From contig CBDCJH010000002.1 in the NCBI GenBank assembly GCA_965217775.1, positions 2,496,001 through 2,560,000 of the forward strand: a stretch of 64,000 nt of DNA. Direction: 5' to 3'. Origin of the DNA: Acidobacteriota bacterium (GTDB lineage: Bacteria > Acidobacteriota > UBA6911 > RPQK01 > JAJDTT01). The notes beneath the pieces are model-generated. The model was not told the origin of the DNA. It made no database searches and worked only from the letters and a program-made list of their open reading frames with translations. A program made the position numbers and the translations under genes. Every line of letters starts with the position of its first letter. Within the stretch, counting starts at the first letter, position 1. Positions 27,167 through 37,400 of this stretch are shown here, piece by piece.

Positions 27167-28720
27167 ATGATCAAGAAGCTGTTGCTGACGACGGTCCTTA
27201 CTGCGCTCTTCTCAAGCTTGGGTTGGGCCAAGCATTCCGACCAGGTGGTTGACGTCGGAACCGCCAAGCAACTGTTCGTCGATGATGCCGTCATTGGCTC
27301 CATGGAACGAGCCTATCGGGTGCTGAATCAACCGGTGAAGTACGAGGGGAATCCGGTTCTCGAGCTGAAGCCGGAGCAGAAGGTCGGAGGCCAGGACCTG
27401 GTGGTCGTCATGGGAAACGTCATCTACGACGCCGAAGAGCGGATCTTCAAGATGTGGTACGACGCGGCCGTCTACGACTGGAGCAAGGTCTTCCTCGGTT
27501 ACGCGACCTCGAAGGACGGCATTCGCTGGGAACTGCCCAACCTGGGGCTGTTGGAACACCAGGGATCCAAGGACAACAACCTGGTCTTCACCGCCGGAAG
27601 GGGCGAGGTTGCAGGAGGCGTCTTCAAGGACGCAGTCGAAACCGACCCGGAGCGCCGCTACAAGATGATCTACCACATGCACGGTTCTCCGGGATTGGAA
27701 TCCTCGGGCAACGGCATCGGCATCGCCTTCTCCCCGGATGGGATTCACTGGAAGCGGGCCACCGGCAAACCGGTGATTCCCATGGCCGACAGCCCGAATT
27801 CGGTGATGTGGGATCCGCGATTGGGCAAGTACGTCGCCCACACCCGGGTCAATCCCGTCTACCTTCCACCGGACTGGAAGCTCCGCCGAGACCTCCGCGA
27901 TGAGTTGTGGCCCGGCGTGGAGGGAAGCTTCCTGCGGCGGGAGGTTCTGCAGAGCGAGAGTGACGACTTCCTCAAATGGGAGCCCCGGGGCGTGATCATG
28001 AGCGCCGACCGGGAAGATCCGCCTTGGAACCAGCAGTTCTACAACATGGAGTGGATGCCGTACGGCGACGTGTACTTCGGCTTCATCGCGGTCTACCACA
28101 CGCTGCCCGGACTGGAGACCGCAACCTCACGGCAGATCGAATCCGGACCCGACTGGCTGGACACGGTCGACATCCAGTTGGCTTTCAGCCGGGACGGCCG
28201 GACCTGGGAACGCGCCGGAGGACGCAACGTCTTCCTGCCTCTGGGGACCCAGCCCGAAGCCTTTGACCGCAGCATGGTCTACGTGATGCAGCACCCGCTC
28301 GTGGTGGAGGATGAGATCCGGATCTACTACGTTGGCTTCAGTGGTCTCCACTGGGCGACCCGCCGGGAAGAGGTCCAGGGAGGCAAGGTGGGTCTGGCAA
28401 AACTTCGCCTGGACGGTTTCGTGTCTATCGACGCCGGGAACGGAGTCTTGACCACCAAGCCGATCCGGATGTCCGGAGCGCGGCTCCTGGTCAATGCCGA
28501 TGCCGGTGAAGGGTCGGTCGCGGTTGAGATTCTGGAACCCGGGGGAACACCGATCGAGGGATTCGGCCGGAAAGACGCGGTGGCGGCCAAGGGTGACAGC
28601 CTGCGGCATACCATGAAGTGGACCCAGGGCTCGGACGTCGGTGGCTTGAAAGGGCGCTCCATCGTGCTGAAGTTCCACCTCGACCGGAGCAGGCTCTTTT
28701 CATTTCGTTTCGGCGATTGA
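27167..28720 (+). CDS. Secreted five-bladed beta-propeller glycoside hydrolase-like protein (GH32/43/130-like)
   Basis: Signal peptide; QLFVDD, FKMWY, YATSKDGIRW, SPDGIHW, SRDGRTW, LRLDGFVS, LLVNAD. Confidence 0.75.
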   Translation: MIKKLLLTTVLTALFSSLGWAKHSDQVVDVGTAKQLFVDDAVIGSMERAYRVLNQPVKYEGNPVLELKPEQKVGGQDLVVVMGNVIYDAEERIFKMWYDAAVYDWSKVFLGYATSKDGIRWELPNLGLLEHQGSKDNNLVFTAGRGEVAGGVFKDAVETDPERRYKMIYHMHGSPGLESSGNGIGIAFSPDGIHWKRATGKPVIPMADSPNSVMWDPRLGKYVAHTRVNPVYLPPDWKLRRDLRDELWPGVEGSFLRREVLQSESDDFLKWEPRGVIMSADREDPPWNQQFYNMEWMPYGDVYFGFIAVYHTLPGLETATSRQIESGPDWLDTVDIQLAFSRDGRTWERAGGRNVFLPLGTQPEAFDRSMVYVMQHPLVVEDEIRIYYVGFSGLHWATRREEVQGGKVGLAKLRLDGFVSIDAGNGVLTTKPIRMSGARLLVNADAGEGSVAVEILEPGGTPIEGFGRKDAVAAKGDSLRHTMKWTQGSDVGGLKGRSIVLKFHLDRSRLFSFRFGD

Positions 28721-28744
28721 GCCGGACTGCTTGGACCTGGCCGG

Positions 28745-28998
28745 CATGGAGTCTGCGCGGTAGGGGGTAAGGAGCCGCAGTTGCCGGCGGCTTTCGCCAT
28801 CTTGCCGGTGCCTCAGTCTCCACCGTGACCCCGCTTCCCCTCCCCGCTCATCGAACCGGATGTGCCCTTTCCGGGCATCCGGCCCTCGGACGAGGTCATA
28901 CGCGCGCCCACGGAAAGCTTGCCGTTCGCTGTCCCAGACACGTGAGCCCCTCGCGAGGACCTGAACGGATCCGGTCACCAACTCTCCGGGTCCGGAAT
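28745..28998 (-). mobile_element. Group II intron 3' remnant (IEP C-terminal tail, domain V, domain VI)
   Basis: Minus strand reads ...GLTCLGQRTASFPWARV* then GAGGGCCGGATGCCCGGAAAGGGCACATCCGGTTCGATGAGCGGGGAGGGGAAGCGG...TGAGGCACCGGC...GGCGAAAGCC...ACCGCGC. This matches DV/DVI; the AGC triad reads GGC. Confidence 0.8.
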
Positions 28999-29562
28999 CT
29001 GGACACGGTCGACATCCAGTTGGCTTTCAGCCGGGACGGCCGGACCTGGGAACGCGCCGGAGGACGCAACGTCTTCCTGCCTCTGGGGACCCAGCCCGAA
29101 GCCTTTGACCGCAGCATGGTCTACGTGATGCAGCACCCGCTCGTGGTGGAGGATGAGATCCGGATCTACTACGTCGGCTTCAGCGGCCTCCACTGGGCGA
29201 CCCGCCGGGAAGAGGTCCAGGGAGGCAAGGTGGGTCTGGCAAAACTTCGCCTGGACGGTTTCGTGTCCATCGACGCCGGGAACGGAGTCTTGACCACCAA
29301 GCCGATCCGGATGTCCGGAGAAAGGCTCCTGGTCAATGCCGATGCCGGTGAAGGGTCGGTCGCGGTTGAGATTCTGGAGCCCGGGGGAACACCGATCGAG
29401 GGATTCGGCCGGAAAGACGCGGTGGCAGCCAAGGGTGACAGCCTGCGGCATACCATGAAGTGGACCCAGGGCTCGGACGTCGGTGGCTTGAAAGGGCGCT
29501 CCATCGTGCTGAAGTTCCACCTCGACCGCAGCAGGCTCTTTTCATTTCGTTTCGCCGATTGA
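28999..29562 (+). pseudogene. Duplicated 3' third of the GH-like gene
   Basis: Near-identical to 28157-28720; no native start or signal peptide. Confidence 0.85.
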
Positions 29563-29921
29563 GCCGGACTGCTTGGACCTGGCCGGCATGGAGTCTGCGC
29601 GGTAGGGGGTAAGGAGCCGCAGTTGCCGGCGGCTTTCGCCATCTTGCCGGTGCCTCAGTCTCCACCGTGACCCCGCTTCCCCTCCCCGCTAGAAAGCGGG
29701 ACCGAGAAAGGGACAGTCTATTTTTTTCGCGGCCTGCCGCGAGCACGACTACACCGCGGCGGACATCAAGCCGTTGCTCCGATCCCACCGGACGGAGGTG
29801 CTGGTGGCCTGGGATCGTCCTCCCGAGGCCGTCGAGTCGATCCTACCGCCCTACGGACATGTTCAAACGACGCCACGGAATCATGGACAACCGGTCCGGT
29901 CCCTCCAGCCAGCGTTTCGGG

Positions 29922-30272
29922 TCAGGAGAAGAACCCGCGCACCGACTGCAGGACTTCCTCCATCTTCTCGATCCGGAGAGCACAGATTCGCTTGGCAATT
30001 AGCGACGAGTGCATCGTGAACCGCTTCGTCGTCTTCACCATCGACGCCTTGGGAAGCCCACCTTGCGCGAAGTCGCCGCGCCGGAGATGCACCGAGTTCG
30101 GATCATACGTGATGTACGAGGTAACGGCTGCCAGCACGAGATCCTCTCCGGAGGCGTTGAAGGAATCCGGGGAAAGGACCAGCGCGGGGCGTCTCTTGGA
30201 TGAAGTGAGATCGGTGAAGGGAAAGGATACGAGAACGATGTCGCCCTGCCTATAGGCTATCGTAGACGGCAT
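29922..30272 (-). CDS. PemK/MazF family toxin
   Basis: QGDIVLVSFPFTDLTSSKRRPALVLS...LVLAAVTS...GGLPKASMV. Confidence 0.9.
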   Translation of the reverse strand: MPSTIAYRQGDIVLVSFPFTDLTSSKRRPALVLSPDSFNASGEDLVLAAVTSYITYDPNSVHLRRGDFAQGGLPKASMVKTTKRFTMHSSLIAKRICALRIEKMEEVLQSVRGFFS

Positions 30273-30450
30273 CCTCCTCGTTCTCCCAGAACTCGAAGCT
30301 GCGCTCCGAACCCTTCAACCACGGAACATCCGCCGCAAGCCGTTTCAACTCGCTCTCTGAGAGGACTTGGTAGACCTCATCGGGTGTGGGTCCCTCCACC
30401 TCCTGAAGGGGCGCGAAGACCCCATCCCGGTATTCTACCTTGATGCTCAT
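30250..30450 (-). CDS. Putative cognate antitoxin (DUF104/AF2212-like N-terminus)
   Basis: IKVEYRDGVFAPL; acidic C-terminus SFEFWENEEDAVYDSL; overlaps the toxin start. Confidence 0.75.
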   Translation of the reverse strand: MSIKVEYRDGVFAPLQEVEGPTPDEVYQVLSESELKRLAADVPWLKGSERSFEFWENEEDAVYDSL

Positions 30451-30983
30451 GGTCCATTCACTCTAGCAGTAAACGGGCAGCACCGCCAGACTTCCCCGGA
30501 GTGCCCACTGGCCCCGTTCGAGCCCGCGGCCGTTCCGCCACGGTGGCGGAGGAATCCGGCCGGTGCACGTGACCGATGCGCTGGCTTGTGACCCGCTACC
30601 GGTCACAAACCAGCCTACCCCATTCCTCCTCCGGTCGCGGTCCCTCCACATGTTTCCGACCGCGCCGGATGGCAGCGTCCGTGTCCACAGTGCGCCACCG
30701 CCTCCTCCCGCGTATCACCAGCCGGACTCGCGGGCTGACAAGCCACGGCCATAGCTGGTTGCTTTCGCGTGCGCGCTCCTTCGGGCACGTGCCTTTGATG
30801 CACATTGAGTTTTCGCACGCGGCACACAGCACGCGCGAGTCGCTTGGGTGACGAGCGTCGAGATCGGAAGGCTTAGCTATCAGCCCGTGGCAAGATTCCG
30901 GGAAATAACGCCAGACCTCTGACACAAAAAAACCAATTGCAGCCTCATCGAAAGAAGTAATGGCGGATCCCGCTCCGGGGCAG

Positions 30984-31127
30984 CGCCGCATTCCCAGCCT
31001 GGCCAAGATGCAACGCGAGATCGAGGCTTGGGTCCTGGATCGGAATCAACGCCAAACCGAGATCAACTGGCAGTTCAAGACGGAGGATGCACGGATCAAG
31101 CTGAAGAGCCTGTATCCACAACTTTAA
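30984..31127 (+). mobile_element. IS630-family transposase C-terminal remnant
   Basis: Manual translation RRIPSLAKMQREIEAWVLDRNQRQTEINWQFKTEDARIKLKSLYPQL* matches the IS630 C-terminal WQFTTxDARIKLxxLYP pattern. Confidence 0.8.
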
Positions 31128-31135
31128 GAGTTAAC

Positions 31136-31205
31136 GGAGCGGCGGTTTGTCACCGCCGACTTGCGAACGGGACTCTGGGGAATGGGGGACAAGAATGTCC
31201 CCTCC
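31136..31205. repeat. Inverted pair of GGAG-type REP-like palindromes
   Basis: GGAGCGGCGGTTTGTCACCGCCG (31136-31158) and the reverse of GGAGGGGACATTCTTGTCCCCC (31184-31205). Confidence 0.7.
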
Positions 31206-31442
31206 TATCAGTTGGAGGCTTTTTCACGTTGTTCTTCCGGCACGACACCAACAAATGTCAATTTTTGGCTGGAATGGGCTCACCGAGGCCGGGAACAGCC
31301 ACGGCACATGGAGATTCGGACCGGGTGGGAAGAGTCGGGAGAAGTCCCTTCATTTCAGTTGACCAATGTCCTCCGGAATATCGCCGTTCGCAATCGATCG
31401 AGGGGTTCAGGAGGGGATGTCCTTTCAACTACTCTCGGCGGG

Positions 31443-34400
31443 TCATCTTTGAATCGGCACCACCGGCAGGGTGGTGAAGATCCGGTTGCCGGTGTCCAGT
31501 TCCACCGCGACTCCGGTGAACATGGCTTCCCCGGCCGCCGTGCATCTCACCGATCCGACGAAGTCTCTGGTATCCGTCCGGGTGAAGACCTCTTCGATGA
31601 AACTGGCTTGCTGTCCGTGGGCGTCGAGACGGACGTCCACCTCTTCCAGCGCCTCGCCCCCGCTCATCAACCGGCACCGCACCGTTGCGCGCTGCGCCGC
31701 CAGGTTGCGGATCGCCGCCGCGGTGCGGATCCCGGCTGGCTGCCGGCGCGCCGGGAACAGGGCGTCCACCGTGGGTTGACTCGCTCCCACTCCGGCCACG
31801 CCGACGCCGGGAATGTCGAAGCGCAGGACGCCGCCGATGGGCCCGTTCGCCACCACCCGCACCGATCCGGTCACCACGTCTCCGCGGCCGTGGGTCGAGA
31901 TCGTCAGCTCGCCCAGACGGGCCATGGCGGTTCGCAGGGTCAGACCTCCGTCCTCTCGGACGAGAAGATGGTCTTCGACCTCCACCATCGATTCCGGCTC
32001 CAATAGCTCTCCGCCCTGATCGTAAAAGTAGATGGCGGGACGGGCGGTCGAAGCGGCCACGTTCACCAGCACCAGGTCGGAGGTGATCAAGGTCCCGTCG
32101 CCGGACGTTCCATTGGCGAAGTGCGCGAAGTTGAGCGTCGTTTCCTGGTCTTCGGTAGCCTCCGGGCCGATCGGCACCACCGGCAGCGTGGTGAAGATCC
32201 GGTTTCCCGCATCCAGCTCCACCGCCACTCCCGTGAACGACTCACCGGCAGGGACCGTACAACGCACCGACCCCACGAAGTCCGTGGTGTCGGTCGCGGT
32301 GAACAGCTCCTCGAGGAACTGGGCATCCTGGCCGTTGGCGCTTAGCTCGATCTCCCCCTCTTCCAGCACTCTGCCGTCCTTCATCAACCGGCACTGGACG
32401 TCGACAGCCTCCATCCCCAAGTTGTGGATGGCCGCCGCAGTGCGGATTCCGCCCGACTGCCGCCGGGCCGGGAACAGGGCGTCCGACGTGGGTTCGCTGG
32501 CGCCGACGCCGGCGACGCCGATTCCGGGGATGTCGAAGCGGACCACGCCGCCGATGGGTCCGTCCGACACCACCCGCACCGACCCCGTCACCACCTCTCC
32601 CCGGCCGTGGGTGGAGATCGTCAACTCGCCCAGCGACGCGATCTCTGTCCGGGGCGCCAGCCCTCCGTCCTCCCGGATCTCCAGATCCTCCCCGACGTCC
32701 ACCACGGACTCGGCCTCAAACAGATCTCCCTCCCGGTCGAAGAAGTAGATGACGGGACGGATCTCATTCTCGGCCACGTTCACCAGCACCAGGTCGGAGG
32801 TGATGAGGACGTCGTCGCCCGAAACCCCGTTGCCGAAATGGGCGAACTCCAGGATCACCTCCTCGGCCATAGGCGTGGCCTCGACCGGGCTGGAGGGAGG
32901 ACTCTGGCCGACTTCGTTCACGGCCCGCACCTCGAAGATGTAGGTCCGACCGTTGGTCAGTCCGGCGACGGTATGGGTCAGGTCCGTGGAACCGATGGAG
33001 GTCCAGTCCCCGGCCCGGTCGATTCGGACCTGGTAGCCGGTGAGGGCAGAGCGGCCGTCGCTCTCGGGGGCCTTCCAGGTCAGCGTCACTTCACCGTCCC
33101 CGGCTTCTGCCTGCAGGTTCAACGGTGCCGTGGGCACAGTCGCAGCCGGAGGCGGTGGTGGCGGCGGCGGTGGTGGCGGTGGCGGAGGAGGCGGCGGCGG
33201 TGGAGGAGGTGGCGGCGGTGGTGGCGGAGGGGGAGGAGGAGGTGGTGGGGGCGGGGCCGAGACTTCGTTGTCCTGGACCGTCACCCGGGCGCTCCGGGTC
33301 GAAGTGGGTCCCAGCCGGTACTCGTCTCCCGGCAGCAGCCGGGCGGTGACCCGGCTGGTGGATTCGGCGACATCGTCATCATCGGTCAACACCTCCAGCG
33401 TCGCCGTCTCCTGTCCGGTCCGGAACTCCACCTCCTCCGGCGGTGCGTAGTCGCCCGAGGTCTCGATCATCGATCTCGTCTCCGTGACCTCCAGGTTCAC
33501 CGTCAGCGGGGCCTCCGTCGGGGGTCCGCGCGTCAGGGTGAACTCCACGGTGTCGCCTTCCGTCACCGTCTCGGATCCCTGCTTGGCTTGGATCGTGACC
33601 AGTGGCGGGTCCGCCCGTTGATCGGTCAACGCCTCCACGGTGTTACCCACCTCGTCCTGGAGCGGGTCGAGCCCGGGTGTATAGCTCACCCTTACCGTCT
33701 CGCCCGCCGTCACCCGTGAGGTCAGCGTCAAGATGACGCTGTTTCCGCTCACCCGAACCTGGAGCACCATTCGATCATCCCCGGCCACCGTCACCGCGAA
33801 ATCGAACCGCGATGGTGTCGAGCCCTCATCCAGCGCCTCGTCGTAGGTCAGCGCCACCCGCGAGCCATGCACCGTCACGCCCTCCAGTCCCGGCACGCTC
33901 GCGTCCACCTTGTGGTCCGCCTGCGCCTCCACCGCCTCGTAGCTCCGCGCCGCCGGGTTGTCCGCCAGATCCAGGATCTTTCCTCCATTGAGAGAGATGC
34001 TCCCGCGCGGGACGCTCACGCCGTCCTCGTCCTCATCTCCTTTCTCCACCGTGTAGACGAACAGCACGGCCGGCTGGTCCGGCCCCACACTGGCACTGGC
34101 CCGCTTCCGCCGGGTCCCCACCAGAAGATCCAACGTCGGCGTTCCGCGAATGGTGTCCACCGTCACCGGCTCGTCGTACCGCACCGTCACCGAGATCATG
34201 TCGTCGACCGCGTAGGTCTCGTCCGTCCCCGGGTTCGAGCTGATCTCGATCCCTTCGATCGACGGCGCCGTGGTGTCCGGTGTCCGGTTGTCCACGAACT
34301 GGTCTCTGAAGGCTTCGGCGTCATTGCCCACCGGGTCCTGGATCGGATTCGATCGCGGCTCGTAGCTCACCCGGATCCCCGTCTCTCCGTACTCCGCCGC

Positions 34401-37400
34401 CGGGTTCACCGTGAGACGAACCGTGCTCCCGCTCACCTGAACCCGGGTCACGGTGCGTGTCTCGTTGCCTCCCTCCACGGTGAAGTCGCTCGTCGCCGGC
34501 CGCGAAGAGGTGTCGAGCGGTTCGTTGTAGGTCAGCGTCAGCGTCGCGCCGTTGACCACCGCCGGATCGGTCAGTGCCAGCACCGGGGCCACCGCGTCCA
34601 CCTTGTGGCTGGAACTGGCCGCCACGGCCTCATAGTCCAAGGTCGCGTCATTGCCCGCTCCGTCGCGGATCCTTCCGCCGGCTCGCGACAGCCGGTTCTC
34701 CTCGAGGCTCACTCCGTCCTCGTCGTTGTCCCCAGTGACCACCCGGTAGGCGAACTTCACCGCCCGGGTCGAGACGCTCCGATACTCCGCCCTTCGGTTC
34801 CCGCCGCCCACGTTCAGGGTCAGTTCCGGCGTTCCGGTGATCACCACCGTCTCGTCGAACGTCACCGTCACCTCGATGGCCTCGTCCACGCCGTAGGTCC
34901 GATCCGACCCCGCACTCGAGGTGATCCGAACCCTCGACACGGCCGGTCCCGTCGTGTCTCCCGTCCGGTTCGTGACGCTCTTGCTGCTCAACCGGTCCGC
35001 GTCGTTCCCTGCGGTGTCCTGAATCGGATTCGATCCCGGCTCATAGTTCACCCGGAGGCGGCTCTCTCCATCCGCGACGGCCGAGCTCAGCGTCAGGAAC
35101 ACGGCGCTTCCGCTGACCCGGACGCCGGTGACCGTCCGCGTCTCACTCCCGCCTGTCACGGTGAAGTCGTCCGTCGCCGGCACCGAAGAGGAATCCAACG
35201 GCTCGCCGTACGCCAGCGTCAGCGTCCTCCCGTTCACGACCGCTCCGTCGCTGGTCGCCAGAGTGGGCTTGACCCCATCCACCTGGTGCCGGGAATCGGC
35301 CGCGACCGGCGCGTGGTTCCGCACGGCGTTGTTCCGGGCGCCGTCGCGGATGGTGCCGCCGGACAGGCGGTTCGCCTCGATGCTCACCCCGTAAGCAGCA
35401 CTGTCGCCGGAGACCACCTGGTATTCGAACCTCACGGCGGCCCCCGTGACGTCCTGGTAGTTGGCCGTCCGGTTCCGGCCGCCCACGTTCAGCGTCAACC
35501 GTGGCGTCCCCGTCACCACCACCGTCTCGCTGAACGTCACCGTCACTTCGATGGTCTCGCCGGCCGCGTAGGTTGAATCCGATCCTGCGTTCGAGGTGAT
35601 CCTCACCGTCTCCACGGTCGGCCCCGTCGTGTCTCCCGTGTGGTTGGTGACCGGTTGGTTGTTCAGCTCATCCGCGGCGTTGCCCACCGGGTCCTCGATC
35701 GGATTCCCCCCCGGTTGGTAGCTCAACCGGAGGCCGCTCTCTGTGTCCTGCACGGTCGGACTCAGAGTCAGCAAGACCGCGCTTCCGCTCACCTGCACCC
35801 GGGTGACCGTCCGGGCCTCACTCCCCCCGGTCACGGTGAAGGCGCTCGCCGCCGGTCTTGAGGAGGAGTTCAGCGGCTCGCTGTAGGCCAGCGTCAGCTT
35901 CGTTCCGTTCACCACCGCCCCGTCCGTCGTGGCCAGCACTGGGAGGATCCCGTCCACCTGGTGCCGCGCATCGGCCGCCACCCCCGCGTGGTCCAAGGTG
36001 GCGTCATTCCGGGCGCCGTCGCGGATCGTCCCCGCACCGCGCGACAGGCTGTCCGCATCGATGCTCACTCCGTCCCCGTCGTTGTCACCCGGGACCACCC
36101 GGTAGGCGAACTTCACGGCCTGGTTCTTGACACTTCGGAAGTTCGCCGTTCGACTCCGACCGCCTACGTTCAGGGTCAATTGCGGGGTCACCGTCACCAC
36201 CACCGTCTCGTCGAACGTCACCGTCACTTCGATAGTCTCGTCCACCCCGTAGGTCCGATCCGACCCTGCACTCGAGGTGATCCGAACCGTCGATACGGTC
36301 GGTCCCGTCGTGTCTCCCGTCCGGTTCGTGACGCTCTTGCTGCTCAACCGGTCCGCGTCGTTGCCCGCCGTGTCCTGAATCGGATCCGACCCGGGCTCGT
36401 AGCTCACCCGAAGGCCGCGCTCACCGTCCGTTACGGCCGAGCTCACCGTCAGGAACACCGCGCTTCCGCTCACCCGGACGCCGCTGACCGTCCGCGTCTC
36501 ACTCCCTCCCGTCACGGTGAAGTCGTCCGTCACCGGCACCGAAGAGGAATCCAACGGCTCGCCGTAGGCCAGCGTCAGCGTCGTGCCGCTGGCCACCGCC
36601 CCGTCGGACGTCGCCAGCCTGGGCTTGACCCCATCCACCTGGTGCCGGGAATCGGCCGCCACCGGCGCGTGGTTCCGCACGGCGTTGTTCCGGGCGCCGT
36701 CCCGGATCGTCCCTCCCGACAGGCGGTTCGCGTCGATGCTCACCCCGTAAGCAGCACTGTCGCCGGAGACCACCTGGTATTCGAACCTCACGGCGGCCCC
36801 CGTGACGTCCTGGTAGTTGGCCGTCCGACTGCGGCCGCCCAGGTTCAGCGTCAACCGCGGCGTCCCCGTCACCACCACCGTCTCGTTGAACGTCACCGTC
36901 ACTTCGATGGTCTCGCCGGCCGCGTAGGTTGAATCCGATCCTGCGTTCGAGGTGATCCTCACCGTCTCCACGGTCGGCCCCGTCGTGTCTCCCGTCCGGT
37001 TCGTGACTGGTCGGTTGTTCAGCTCGTCCGCGGCGTTGCCCACCACGTCCTCGATCGGATTCCCCCCCGGCTGGTAGCTCAACCGGAGGCCGCTCTCTAT
37101 GTCCGTTACGGCCGGGTTCAACGTCAACAGGACCGCGCTTCCGCTCACCTGCACCCGGGTGACCGTCCGTGTCTCACTCCCCCCGGTCACGGTGAAGACG
37201 CTCGTCGCTGGTCGAGATGACGACCTCAGCGGCTCGCTGTAAGCCAGCGTCAGCGTCGTTCCGTTCACCACCGCCCCGTCCGTAGTGGCCAGCACCGGAG
37301 GCACCCCGTCCACTTGGTGCCGGGAATCGGCCGCCACCGCCGCGTGGTCGAGCTGCGCGTTATTCCGGGCGCCGTCCCGGATCGTCCCTCCACCGCGCGA

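Larger units (their letters stand above)
28157..29690. repeat. 692-bp direct duplication (28157-28848 and 28999-29690) with a 150-bp unique spacer
   Basis: 842-bp offset from CTGGACACGGTCGAC to CCCCTCCCCGCT; about ten substitutions, mostly synonymous. Confidence 0.95.

Noticed and set aside
28825-29562. 245-aa ORF as a genuine gene
   Set aside because: Its N-terminus is antisense intron sequence joined to a duplicated gene tail; treated as a pseudogene.
29700-29920. Possible gene fragment (REHDYTAADIKPLLRSH...)
   Set aside because: Looks coding but has no start and I cannot assign a family.
33040-33450. Poly-glycine ORFs (also 49239-49484)
   Set aside because: Antisense shadows of the poly-proline tracts.
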